Assembly (NCBI GenBank): GCA_045545475.1 | Contig: JAZQAZ010000003.1 | Span: forward strand, 1 to 57,599 | From: Clostridia bacterium | GTDB taxonomy: Bacteria > Bacillota > Clostridia > CAKSNL01 > HGM11501 | Direction of reading: 5' to 3' | DNA: 57,599 bases | Part shown: positions 37,481 to 46,848 of the stretch, piece by piece | Position numbering within the stretch: position 1 is the first letter of the stretch | Layout of the letters: each line of letters starts with the position of its first letter | Notes under the pieces: generated by a model | What the model was told of the DNA's origin: nothing | The model's database searches: none | What the model saw: the letters and a program-made list of their open reading frames with translations, nothing else | Translations under genes and position numbers: made by a program

Positions 37481-38536
37481 ATGAAAACACTTGCAATCAT
37501 CGGCTGTGGAAGAATTGCAAAAAATGCACACTTCCCCGCACTTTCAAGAATTGAGGACGTAAGAATCAAATATGCCTGCGACCTTATCCCCGAAAAGGCT
37601 GAGGCACTAAAAAAGGATTATCCCATAATCGAAAACATAATCACCGATTATAAGGTGGCCTTGGCTGACCCCGAGGTTGATGCAGTTTATGTGCTTACAC
37701 CAAACTATGCACACTACACGGTTACAATGGATGCAATCAAAGCCGGCAAGCACGTATTCTGCGAAAAGCCCATCACAGTAAACTATGCCCTTTCCTGCGA
37801 GATGGCAGAAGCTGCGGCTAAGGCAGGAAAAATTTTAAACATCGGCGTTTGCAACCGTTATCACAAGTCCGTTGAAATGCTCGAAGAAATGAACAGAGAA
37901 GGAAAATTCGGTACACTTTACCACATTTACTGCTCCTTCCGTTCCTTCCGCTCCATCCCCGGCCTCGGCGGTGCATTTACCACCAAGAGTCAGTCCGGCG
38001 GCGGCGTTTTAATTGACTGGGGTATTCACTTTTTAGACCTTATCTTATACATTCTCGGCAATGCAAAGCTTAAGAATCTTACCTGTAACGCATACTCTGA
38101 AATGGCTAAGGATATGAAGGAATATAAGTACACCGGAATGTGGGCCGAAGATACCGCCGACATCGAAAACGGAACAAATGACGTTGATGACTTTATCACA
38201 GGCTTTATCCGTACAGATAAGGCTTCCATTTCCTTTAACGGTGCCTGGGCTCAGAACATAGCTAAAAACGAAATGTTTATAGATTTCTGCGGTGATAAGG
38301 GCGGTGCTCGTCTTACCTATGGTGGAAAGTTTGAATTTTATGACGGTTCTACGCTGGAGACAGTTGCTCCCGAATATGACATTCCCGATATGTATGAGCG
38401 TGAAGACAGAGACTTCCTCGCATCAATCGAAAGCGGCGTAAAGAACAGAAACCACATCGATAACATATTGGAGAGTGCAAAGCTTCTTGACAGACTTTAT
38501 GCTTCTGCCGAAGCAGAGAAGGAGCTTGAGGTTTGA
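37481..38536 (+). CDS. Gfo/Idh/MocA family oxidoreductase
   Basis: IIGCGRIA, GKHVFCEKP, GGGVLIDWGIHFLD. Confidence 0.92.
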   Translation: MKTLAIIGCGRIAKNAHFPALSRIEDVRIKYACDLIPEKAEALKKDYPIIENIITDYKVALADPEVDAVYVLTPNYAHYTVTMDAIKAGKHVFCEKPITVNYALSCEMAEAAAKAGKILNIGVCNRYHKSVEMLEEMNREGKFGTLYHIYCSFRSFRSIPGLGGAFTTKSQSGGGVLIDWGIHFLDLILYILGNAKLKNLTCNAYSEMAKDMKEYKYTGMWAEDTADIENGTNDVDDFITGFIRTDKASISFNGAWAQNIAKNEMFIDFCGDKGGARLTYGGKFEFYDGSTLETVAPEYDIPDMYEREDRDFLASIESGVKNRNHIDNILESAKLLDRLYASAEAEKELEV

Positions 38537-38538
38537 TT

Positions 38539-39378
38539 ATGAAAAAAATCGGCTTTATTGACTTTTTCCTTTCCGAATGGCACGCAAATAACTACCCCGC
38601 TTGGATAAAGGAAATTTGTGCGGAAAAGGGTCTTTCCTACGAAGTGGCATATGCCTATGGCGAAAAGCCATCGGTTTTTGACCACATGACCACGGATGAA
38701 TGGTGCGACAAATTTTCCGTTGAAAAATGCGAAACCATTGAAGATCTTTGCGAAAAGAGCGATTGTTTATTAATCCTTGCTCCCTCAAACCCCGAAAAAC
38801 ATTTGGAATATGCCAAAAAGGTTCTCCCATACAAAAAGCTTACATACATTGATAAGACCTTTGCACCGAACCTTTCAGAAGCAAAAGAAATTTTCGGGCT
38901 TTCGGAAAAATACGGCACACCCATTTTCTCTACTTCCGCCCTTCGCTATGGCGATGAAATAAAGGATGTTTTGGCAAAATCCATAATTACCACCGGCGGA
39001 GGAAGCAATTTGCCCGAATACATCATTCATCAGGCAGAAATGGTTATAAAAACTCTTGGCGTATCACCTTTGAGGGTAAAGGCAGATTGTCAGGATAAAA
39101 AATATATAATCACGGCAGAATTTGAAGAAGGTAAGAAAGCCACTATGATTTATGCCAACCCCCTCCCCTTTTCAGTATGCATAACAAAGGAAGACGGAAG
39201 CGAATTTTATTCGGAAATGAAGTCTCCTTTCTTCAAAGGCCTTATTTCAGATATACTTAATTTCTATGAAACAGGAAAGCAGAGCTTTTGTTCCTGCGAA
39301 ACTTTAAAAGTCATGGCACTTCGCGACGCAGCATTACAGGCATCAGAAAAGTTAAATGAATGGATAGAATGTAAATAA
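38539..39378 (+). CDS. Divergent Gfo/Idh/MocA-like protein
   Basis: YIDKTFA (EKP equivalent), PIFSTSALRY, YIIHQAEM. Confidence 0.6.
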   Translation: MKKIGFIDFFLSEWHANNYPAWIKEICAEKGLSYEVAYAYGEKPSVFDHMTTDEWCDKFSVEKCETIEDLCEKSDCLLILAPSNPEKHLEYAKKVLPYKKLTYIDKTFAPNLSEAKEIFGLSEKYGTPIFSTSALRYGDEIKDVLAKSIITTGGGSNLPEYIIHQAEMVIKTLGVSPLRVKADCQDKKYIITAEFEEGKKATMIYANPLPFSVCITKEDGSEFYSEMKSPFFKGLISDILNFYETGKQSFCSCETLKVMALRDAALQASEKLNEWIECK

Positions 39379-39416
39379 AAAAATAAGCACTGCCTTAAAG
39401 CAGTGCTTATTTTTTT
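39378..39416. terminator. Bidirectional terminator
   Basis: AAAAAATAAGCACTGC...GCAGTGCTTATTTTTT. Confidence 0.8.
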
Positions 39417-39425
39417 ATTTATAAA

Positions 39426-39686
39426 TTATTCAGCGTCAGTTGTTTCTTCAACTGTTTCTTCAGTAGTTTCTTCAACTACTTCTTCAGTTGTTTCTTCAAC
39501 AACTTCTTCAGTTGTTTCTTCAGCAACTTCTTCAGTTGTTTCTTCAGTAGCTTCTTCAACTACTTCTTCAGTTGTTTCTTCAACTACTTCTTCAACTGTC
39601 TCTTCAACAACTTCTTCGCTTGTGCATGCTACGAATGCGAAAACCATCATAGCTGCCATTAAGAGAGCAAGTAACTTTTTCATCAT
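39426..39686 (-). CDS. Small acidic lipoprotein built of 15 EExx repeats
   Basis: GGAGG RBS; signal peptide with lipobox FVA-C; 12-bp tandem repeat; promoter TTTACA-17bp-TAAAAT at 39763-39735. Confidence 0.85.
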   Translation of the reverse strand: MMKKLLALLMAAMMVFAFVACTSEEVVEETVEEVVEETTEEVVEEATEETTEEVAEETTEEVVEETTEEVVEETTEETVEETTDAE

Positions 39687-39860
39687 TTTCCCTCCATTTC
39701 TTAAATAAGATATTTCGTTTTTACAACGAGACTAATTTTAACATTTCGTTTCGCTTTTGTAAAGATACAAAAGTAACAAAAAAACAATGCTTAAATATAC
39801 ATTTTTGTTCTGTTTTCAGTGTATTTTATGCATTTTCTTTATTTTATCTCCTATTTTCCT

Positions 39861-40361
39861 TTAATATGACGAAATAGGAGCCGTTCCGTCATCCTCTGCC
39901 TTTACAAGTTTTTTTATCGTTACATCATACTTTCCGTTGGGTGCATCAACTTCCACCTTATCTCCGACCTTATGCCCCAATACAGCCTTTCCGAAAGGAG
40001 ACTCCTTGCTTATAAGCTGTTTTTCAAAGTCGTTTCTTATGGTGGTAACTATCCTGAATGTCATTTCCATATCAGTAACCGAAACATAAGCCGTAACAAT
40101 ATCATAAAGCCCCACGGTATCAGATGAAGAATTATCTTCTATCACTTTTGCAGTTTTTATCATATTTTGCAGATACCTTATGCGACTTTCGTTTTTGTTT
40201 TTAAGCCGTTTCGCCTCTTTGTATTCGGCATTTTCCGACAAATCTCCGTAAGCACGAGTACGCTTTACTTCTTCAAGTAGCTCATAGCGAAGCGTAACCG
40301 TGCGGTATTCAATTTCTTCTTTCATTTTCTGAATGTCAATTTTAGTAAGCTCGTCGTGCAT
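39861..40361 (-). CDS. greA: Transcription elongation factor GreA
   Basis: GDLSENAEY; ISKESPFGKAVLG; VDAPNG. Confidence 0.9.
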   Translation of the reverse strand: MHDELTKIDIQKMKEEIEYRTVTLRYELLEEVKRTRAYGDLSENAEYKEAKRLKNKNESRIRYLQNMIKTAKVIEDNSSSDTVGLYDIVTAYVSVTDMEMTFRIVTTIRNDFEKQLISKESPFGKAVLGHKVGDKVEVDAPNGKYDVTIKKLVKAEDDGTAPISSY

Positions 40362-40369
40362 AGTTCCTC

Positions 40370-41575
40370 CTACTGTGCCAAACTTGTAAACTTATGCTTC
40401 TTTGTGGGAAGCGAAATTAATATTCCGATTGCCATAAGACCTGCCCAAACGAGAATAAGATTTCCCCAGCCTATATGCGACACCGCATTTGAAAAAATCT
40501 TAGTGGATGCCGCAGCCGCCATATAGCTTAAGAAATCAAGATAACCCGTTACACTTGATACCATTCCCGTATCCCTAAGGGACGGGCAATATCTGCACCA
40601 CATCATGGAAGATGCAGCACAAGAAGCTAAAACAGCGACAATCATAATTCCTACATTTATATATGGACTCTCAACCAAATACAACAGACTGAAAAACACC
40701 GTTGATACCGTAAACATAATGAAAATCGTAAGATCCATATTTCTATTAAGCATTTCGTATGTTCCAACAGATATAAAAGTTGTAAATGTTATAATTACTG
40801 AAGCTACAGCAAATATCGCAGAAGATTTTTCAGCAGAAAATCCTAAGTACTGATTAAAATATGTTGGCATCCAGAAAACCACGGTGGTTCTTATTACACC
40901 GGTAATTATGGAAATTACGGTAAACTTAAGAATTCTTCTTTCAATAAGTACCTTTATGCTGCCTTTTTTCTCTTCCTTTATTTTATTGAATCTGTTATAG
41001 GCAACAATTCCTTTTCTTTCAAAGCTGGCACAAATTGCAAAAAATACCATTGCCATTCCCGTCAAAATTGCACTGCCGGTGTAAATTACACCCTGCCATG
41101 CAAATAAACTTGCGGCAAGACCTGCAGAAGGTGCCCCGACAAATCCTGCCACTTCATAACCAAGAGAGCACCTCGTAGCATAAACAGGCTCCGTATTTTC
41201 AGCCACGATTTTCGTCATAGGCCCATAAATCATGGAAAGGAAAAATCCTGTTACGCCGTAGGCAATTACTGCACCCGTTTCATTTACGGGAAGAAATAAA
41301 GGTATGAGAAGGTTTGCGATACCCGCAAAGAAAAGACCACCGCTTATCATATATCTTGCTTTTATCTTATCCCCTATATATCCGTTTATAAGCTGACCTA
41401 TAGCATATGTAAGAAAGTATACCGATGACATATTACCTATTAAACTGTCGGGCATTCCCATGTGCGGAGCAATTGCTCCAAGGGTATTTCTTGCAAAGTA
41501 AACCGCCAGATAAGAAAGTGAACAAAGAATCCCGATACAAAGTGCATTTTTAGCATTTTTACTTATTTTAAGCAT
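40370..41575 (-). CDS. MFS transporter (organophosphate:Pi antiporter-like)
   Basis: ~12 TM segments; YLAVYFAR; YAIGQLINGYIGDKIKAR motif A. Confidence 0.85.
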   Translation of the reverse strand: MLKISKNAKNALCIGILCSLSYLAVYFARNTLGAIAPHMGMPDSLIGNMSSVYFLTYAIGQLINGYIGDKIKARYMISGGLFFAGIANLLIPLFLPVNETGAVIAYGVTGFFLSMIYGPMTKIVAENTEPVYATRCSLGYEVAGFVGAPSAGLAASLFAWQGVIYTGSAILTGMAMVFFAICASFERKGIVAYNRFNKIKEEKKGSIKVLIERRILKFTVISIITGVIRTTVVFWMPTYFNQYLGFSAEKSSAIFAVASVIITFTTFISVGTYEMLNRNMDLTIFIMFTVSTVFFSLLYLVESPYINVGIMIVAVLASCAASSMMWCRYCPSLRDTGMVSSVTGYLDFLSYMAAAASTKIFSNAVSHIGWGNLILVWAGLMAIGILISLPTKKHKFTSLAQ

Positions 41576-41654
41576 TTCCGTCTCCCATTTCATAAAACTT
41601 ATAAAAACCGAGTTTAAGTTTAGCACTCCCGAAAGCTTTTGTCAAGACAAGTAC

Positions 41655-41683
41655 TTGACAAAAAAACACTTTTATGCTACAAT
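41655..41683 (+). promoter_or_regulatory. Strong sigmaA-like promoter
   Basis: TTGACA-17bp-TACAAT with TG extension. Confidence 0.75.
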
Positions 41684-41704
41684 CTAAAAAAAGGAGTGAT
41701 AGAG

Positions 41705-41779
41705 ATGAAAATAAGGCATTGCCAAATTCGCAAAACAGCCGTAAATAACTCTGTCACTATAAATATAACTGCAAAGTAA
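41705..41779 (+). CDS. 24-aa small ORF / leader peptide MKIRHCQIRKTAVNNSVTINITAK
   Basis: AAGGAG RBS, promoter directly upstream, terminator overlapping the stop codon. Confidence 0.55.
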   Translation: MKIRHCQIRKTAVNNSVTINITAK

Positions 41780-41803
41780 ATGCCGGTTTATCCGGCATTT
41801 TTT
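41778..41803 (+). terminator. Intrinsic terminator/attenuator upstream of ARH gene
   Basis: AAATGCCGG-tttat-CCGGCATTT-TTT. Confidence 0.65.
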
Positions 41804-41823
41804 ATTTTTAAGGAGGTATTTTT

Positions 41824-42615
41824 ATGTTTGGTGCAATCATTGGCGATGTGGTAGGTTCCCCATATGAATTCGACTCTCACAAAAAGAAGAACTTTCCTCT
41901 GTTCGGTGAGGAATGTCGTCTTACAGATGACAGCATACTCACAATATGTGTGGGCAGTGCCTGTGCAGAAGCAGACATTACGGACGAAGACGGATTTAAG
42001 AAAGTTCTCATAGAAAAAATGCATGAAATAGCCCGCCGTTATCCTGATGCAGGTTACGGCGGACTTTTTTATGCCTGGCTTTTCGATGACTATGGTAAAC
42101 CGTATAACGGTTTTACCAACGGCTCCGCAATGCGGGTTTCTCCCTGTGCCTGGGCATGTGATACATTGGAAGATGTATGCCGCCTTGCAAAATGGAGTGC
42201 CGAGATAACCCATTCCCACCCTGATGGGGTAAAAGGTGCTGTCGCTGTGGCTTCAGCAATTTTCCTTGCCAGAACAGGCTCTTCAAAAGAAGAAATAAGG
42301 GAATATATTGAGGACAACTTCTACTCTCTTAACTTTACTTTGGACGAAATCCGTCCCGGTTATTCCCACGATATGACATGCGAAGGAAGCGTTCCGCAGG
42401 CACTTGCATGCTTTTTAGAGGCCGAAGACTTTGAAGATGCATTAAGAAACGCTGTTTCCCTTGGTGGCGACGGAGATACTCTGTCGGCAATAGCAGGTTC
42501 GGTGGCAGAAGCCTATTTCGGAATCCCTGACGAATTAAAGGATGAGGTTTTAAACCTTATGGACGATTTTCTTTCAGAATACTTTTTGGACTATACTGAA
42601 TATCTTTACCGATAA
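41824..42615 (+). CDS. ADP-ribosylglycohydrolase (DraG/ARH family)
   Basis: GAIIGDVVGSPYEF, LTDDS, NGSAMRVSP, THSH, GGDGDT. Confidence 0.93.
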   Translation: MFGAIIGDVVGSPYEFDSHKKKNFPLFGEECRLTDDSILTICVGSACAEADITDEDGFKKVLIEKMHEIARRYPDAGYGGLFYAWLFDDYGKPYNGFTNGSAMRVSPCAWACDTLEDVCRLAKWSAEITHSHPDGVKGAVAVASAIFLARTGSSKEEIREYIEDNFYSLNFTLDEIRPGYSHDMTCEGSVPQALACFLEAEDFEDALRNAVSLGGDGDTLSAIAGSVAEAYFGIPDELKDEVLNLMDDFLSEYFLDYTEYLYR

Positions 42616-42620
42616 CAACG

Positions 42621-42657
42621 AATAAAGTGGCCGGGGATTACTCCCGGCCACTTTATT
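42621..42657. terminator. Bidirectional terminator
   Basis: AATAAAGTGGCCGGG...CCCGGCCACTTTATT. Confidence 0.8.
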
Positions 42658-43651
42658 ACGCCAATGCAATTTCATCTATCGCTTTAAGTTCTTCCTCTGT
42701 AAAACTTGTATTTTCAAGCATTTTCACATTTTCTCTTATCTGACTCGCCTTGGATGCTCCGATTAAAACGCTTGTAACGCCTTCTTTTGCATAAACCCAG
42801 GAAAGTGCCATGGCAGAAAGGCTTTGTCCACGACGGGACGCAAGCTCATCAAGCTTTCTCACTTTTTCAAGTCTTTCTTCCGAGATATGACTTTCTTTTA
42901 AAAATCTTCCGTCGGTTTTAACACGGCTGTCTGAAGGTATTCCTTTAAGATAGCGGTCGGTAAGTAACCCTTGTGCAAGAGGACTGAAAATAATTACACC
43001 CTTCTTTTTAGAAATTGAAGCATCTATAATTTCCGTTCTTTCGGCTCCCCTGTCAAAAATTGAATATCGGTTTTGATTTATGATAAAGGGGCATTTTAAG
43101 TCATCAAGCATTTTTGCCGCTTCCTTCATTCTCTCCCCGTCATAATTTGAAAGTCCCACGTAAAGTGCCTTTCCGCTTTTCACTATATCCGAAAGAGCCC
43201 ACATAGTTTCATAAAGGGAAGTATCAGGGTCCGGTCTATGGTGATAGAAAATATCAACATATTCAAGATTCATTCTTTTAAGACTCTGGTCTAAGCTTGC
43301 AATTAAATATTTTCTGCTTCCGAAATCTCCGTAAGGTCCTTCCCACATGGTGTATCCTGCCTTGGTACTTATTATCATCTGGTCACGGTAAGGTGCCATA
43401 TCTCCGTTTATAATTTTACCGAAATTAGTTTCTGCACTTCCCGCCATAGGGCCGTAGTTATTAGCAAGGTCAAAGTGTGTAATTCCGTGGTCAAAGGCCG
43501 TATGACACATTGACTTCATGTTTTCAAAATTGCCGGTGTCTCCGAAATTGTGCCAAAGACCAAGTGAAATTGCAGGCAGCTTAAGGCCACTTTCTCCGCA
43601 CTTTCTGTACTGCATAGTATCATATCTTTTCGCATTTGCAACGTAACTCAT
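42656..43651 (-). CDS. mgrA: Aldo/keto reductase, L-glyceraldehyde-3-phosphate reductase type
   Basis: LPAISLGLWHNFG, THFDLANNYGP, STKAGY, SPLAQGLLT. Confidence 0.85.
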   Translation of the reverse strand: MSYVANAKRYDTMQYRKCGESGLKLPAISLGLWHNFGDTGNFENMKSMCHTAFDHGITHFDLANNYGPMAGSAETNFGKIINGDMAPYRDQMIISTKAGYTMWEGPYGDFGSRKYLIASLDQSLKRMNLEYVDIFYHHRPDPDTSLYETMWALSDIVKSGKALYVGLSNYDGERMKEAAKMLDDLKCPFIINQNRYSIFDRGAERTEIIDASISKKKGVIIFSPLAQGLLTDRYLKGIPSDSRVKTDGRFLKESHISEERLEKVRKLDELASRRGQSLSAMALSWVYAKEGVTSVLIGASKASQIRENVKMLENTSFTEEELKAIDEIALA

Positions 43652-43662
43652 AAAACTCTCCT

Positions 43663-44235
43663 TTACCACGATTTATTATAATGTGTAGAATAAGCATAAT
43701 CCCAGGATAAATCCCTCGGAGGATTTGTAACCTGCTTATAGGCAAAATACATCATTCTTGCCACATCATCATCCTTCACCATTCCGGTTCCGCATCCGAA
43801 GGCCGGAATCACAATACTTTCAATTCCGTTATTCAAAGCCACCATCAAAGTGCTTCTCATGCACTGATACACCACAGAAGCATCCACTATGATATCAGGA
43901 ACTCTCATTGTCGGAGTATGTATCAGTTTAATGTCACTATCAGGAATATCGATTACGAAGCTGCTTCCCACAGACTGTTCTCCATAATAGTTATCTATTA
44001 TGTACCTTTGTACTTTTTTCTGCAAGCTGTCTCCGAACCAATTGGTTATCGCCAGGTCATAACCTCCGTCCATCAGTCCGAAAGAATTAGCCGGGGAAAC
44101 AACCGCATCCACCTTATGCGTTTTCATAAAGCTCTCAAAGTCAGCATGGACAATTTCAACATCCTTTTCTTCCCTGAAATATTCTTCCCATGCAAGTATC
44201 ATTAATCTTTCAACATTTACAAGATATATTTTCAT
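43663..44235 (-). CDS. Macro domain protein
   Basis: DAVVSPANSFGLMDGGYDLAI; HTPTMRVP; PAFGCGTG. Confidence 0.9.
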   Translation of the reverse strand: MKIYLVNVERLMILAWEEYFREEKDVEIVHADFESFMKTHKVDAVVSPANSFGLMDGGYDLAITNWFGDSLQKKVQRYIIDNYYGEQSVGSSFVIDIPDSDIKLIHTPTMRVPDIIVDASVVYQCMRSTLMVALNNGIESIVIPAFGCGTGMVKDDDVARMMYFAYKQVTNPPRDLSWDYAYSTHYNKSW

Positions 44236-44239
44236 TTTT

Positions 44240-45043
44240 TCACTCCGCTTTATAAGCTTTATAACTATGTAGAATGTTTATATCCTCAGGCATATAAAGG
44301 CCGTGGGAGCCTGATGATCCATCTATCTCGTGGCAACCATGGTCCATGGCAAACCCAAGTAATGTGTTATGTTTTTTCCAGTTTTCTTTTATAAGGTCAT
44401 TAAAATGAGAAAAAGCTTTAGCATTTTCCGAAAGAGCCAAAATCGATTCCTCGCTCTCGGGTCCTGTTTTATGCATGGTTGAGTCATAGTTTCCGTTATA
44501 TACAGCGATAAAGTCATGTTCGTCTGCCTTGATAAGTTTTTCTGCCTTTTTATTTACCTCCGAAACTGTAGGGTAGAAATAATAGTCCATTTTACGTTCT
44601 AAGTAAATTTTCGACATGCTGTCTCCTTCAGTTGCAACTATAGCACACCTTTTTCCGCATTTTATCATAGCATCAAATATGGTTTCAATTTTTATTACCG
44701 GCTTTACATAAGCCTCTATCCCGTGAACGGAAGGTGCTGCTCCCGTATACATAGTTCCAAAGCATACAGGAGTAACCGAGGGCATTACCGTCTTAAAAGG
44801 GATTTCTATGTCGCATATCTCCTTTACGGGAAATATTATCTCACGGTATTTTTCGTAAATCCACTGCCCTATTGCATCAGGATTGTACATAAAAATTCTG
44901 TCTGCCGCATCGTTTCCAAAAATACATTTTGCATATTCAGTTAAAATTTCTGTTGGTTTTTCTGCCGTCGCAGGCGGAGTTACCCCCATGATTTCGCAAA
45001 GGGACGCACAAAGGGTTTCCAGAGGTATTGTATTAAACTCCAT
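44240..45043 (-). CDS. Alkaline phosphatase superfamily (NPP/phosphodiesterase-like) protein
   Basis: NPDA, PSVTPVCFGTMYTG, DSTMHKTG, MDHG, GSHG. Confidence 0.8.
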   Translation of the reverse strand: MEFNTIPLETLCASLCEIMGVTPPATAEKPTEILTEYAKCIFGNDAADRIFMYNPDAIGQWIYEKYREIIFPVKEICDIEIPFKTVMPSVTPVCFGTMYTGAAPSVHGIEAYVKPVIKIETIFDAMIKCGKRCAIVATEGDSMSKIYLERKMDYYFYPTVSEVNKKAEKLIKADEHDFIAVYNGNYDSTMHKTGPESEESILALSENAKAFSHFNDLIKENWKKHNTLLGFAMDHGCHEIDGSSGSHGLYMPEDINILHSYKAYKAE

Positions 45044-45054
45044 AAAAATTCTCC

Positions 45055-45840
45055 TTAAATTTCAAAGTACCCAACTAAAGGGCAGTGGTCGGACGACACA
45101 AGGGCCTCACTACTTGTTAAAACATCAAACTTTTCTGCCGTTATGCCGCATCCCAGAGTGAAAATATAATCAAGATTTCTTATGGGCATATCGGTGTTTT
45201 CCCACGTTCCGTCATCCTTTAGCAGAGGTTCAGTATGATGTGTAAGCACATCGGTTGTTTCCTTTGCCGTTATGCGGATGTCCGAAAAGCCCATTTCAAG
45301 CATTTTTCTGTAGGGTTCGTCTCCCTGGTCTGCATTAAAGCCGTTGTTAAAGTCCCCTCCGATTATTACGGGCACATTGTACTTTTCAATTATATTGTCG
45401 CAAAGTTCTTTAAGCTCGCGTGCATTTTCAATGCGCTGAAAATTGTCTTTTTCAGAATCAAACATCCACCAAAAGTGGGTTGATGCCACGGCAATCTTTT
45501 TCCCCGTTTTTTTGTCGGAAAATACGCCATAGGTAACGGATTTAGAATTTACATCGTTAAGCCCGGTATAAAGGTGATAGCCCGAATCAATTATGTCAAA
45601 CTTATACTTTTTATAAAATACGGGCGTGAAATTTGTGCCTGATAAATCGGGACAAAGCTCGTTATATTCATCCGACATAAGTGATTGGAGCGGTGTCTCT
45701 CCTGCCCTTATTGTAGCCGGCCCACACTCGGCAAAAGTGCAAAAGTCCGCATCCATATCCTTTATCATTTTTCGTATAATTTTATTCCGCCACGCCGTAG
45801 GTGCTTTGTTCCATACGTTGTGGCTGTATAATTTTATCAC
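45055..45840 (-). CDS. Endonuclease/exonuclease/phosphatase family protein
   Basis: SHNV, STH, IIGGDFN, LDYIF, SDHCP. Confidence 0.88.
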   Translation of the reverse strand: MIKLYSHNVWNKAPTAWRNKIIRKMIKDMDADFCTFAECGPATIRAGETPLQSLMSDEYNELCPDLSGTNFTPVFYKKYKFDIIDSGYHLYTGLNDVNSKSVTYGVFSDKKTGKKIAVASTHFWWMFDSEKDNFQRIENARELKELCDNIIEKYNVPVIIGGDFNNGFNADQGDEPYRKMLEMGFSDIRITAKETTDVLTHHTEPLLKDDGTWENTDMPIRNLDYIFTLGCGITAEKFDVLTSSEALVSSDHCPLVGYFEI

Positions 45841-45841
45841 A

Positions 45842-46846
45842 TCAAAGCCCCATTTCGTAAAGTTTTTCCCAAATTAAGTCGGCATAGTTAAGATGCCCCT
45901 TATCGCCAACTACAAGAGCGCAGTTTTCAGGGGCACCTGATGCCTCATAGCATTTTTTAACAAGCTCAAAGTTTTCCTTTGTTCCCTCAATCGGGAAAAT
46001 ATTATCCTCAATACCTGCCGCAATACAAAGCTTTCTCGGTGCAATAAGTCCTGCCAAGTCCCCCATTTCAAAATATTTTCTTATATAGGGAACGTGGTTA
46101 CACATACAATGTTCCATCGCCGCAATGGAAGCTTCATAGGTACATACAGAACAGCTTGGTGCAACAAAGCCGATTCTTTCATCCATACAGCCAAGATAAA
46201 ATGTTGCAGTTCCGCCGCCGGAATTTCCTGTGCAGACAATGCTCTCCATGTCAACAACGGAAAACGCCTCAGCAACTGCATCAAGAATGCAGGATACATC
46301 GTGAACTCTTTCGCCGATGGTGCATCTACCCATAAGAATGGCGATTTTGGATGCCTCGGTGCAGCTTGTGCCATAGCCCTTTAAGCTGCTTTCGCCAAAG
46401 CAACGTGCTTCAATTACAAGGCCGCATCTTCCTTCCTTTATAGCACGTGGTGCCATTGCACGGTGATGCCAGGAGGAGAGTGCTTTTTCATCAGCCTCGC
46501 ATTTTGCTTTACCTAACGCAACGTGCATTCCGCCGCCGTGTCCCGACAGGCATATGGTTAAAGGATATTTTTCCTTATCGCCCTTTGGAACCACAAGATG
46601 GCAGGGCACTTTATAGCCCGGCTCCGTTTCAACTAAAAAGCGGTATTCTGTATGGTCATCCTTTTCTTCCTTGTACTCGATTTCCGCCTTGCACTCGCCC
46701 TTTTCATAGGGAAAGCCAAGAAGCTCAGCAAGTTTTTCCTTTGCTTCTTTCTGCCATTTATAAAAGTCTCCGCCCTCATATCTTAAAATAGGCTTATGGC
46801 TTTTAAGATAGTTATATTCAAATTCGTGGCTGTTTATTGTATACAT
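45842..46846 (-). CDS. Alpha/beta hydrolase (acetylxylan esterase/dienelactone hydrolase-like)
   Basis: GNSGGG nucleophile elbow; LIAPR; D..FP; GH. Confidence 0.82.
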   Translation of the reverse strand: MYTINSHEFEYNYLKSHKPILRYEGGDFYKWQKEAKEKLAELLGFPYEKGECKAEIEYKEEKDDHTEYRFLVETEPGYKVPCHLVVPKGDKEKYPLTICLSGHGGGMHVALGKAKCEADEKALSSWHHRAMAPRAIKEGRCGLVIEARCFGESSLKGYGTSCTEASKIAILMGRCTIGERVHDVSCILDAVAEAFSVVDMESIVCTGNSGGGTATFYLGCMDERIGFVAPSCSVCTYEASIAAMEHCMCNHVPYIRKYFEMGDLAGLIAPRKLCIAAGIEDNIFPIEGTKENFELVKKCYEASGAPENCALVVGDKGHLNYADLIWEKLYEMGL

Positions 46847-46848
46847 AA

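Noticed and set aside
20710-39416. AAGCAC(C/T)GC hairpins at 20710, ~21705 and 39378 as a mobile repeat family
   Set aside because: Short, all at gene ends; adequately explained as terminators
39430-39620. Tandem repeats as a CRISPR array, or the plus-strand Ser-rich ORF 39403-39708
   Set aside because: Contiguous 12-bp units without spacers; explained by the minus-strand lipoprotein, which has an RBS and lipobox
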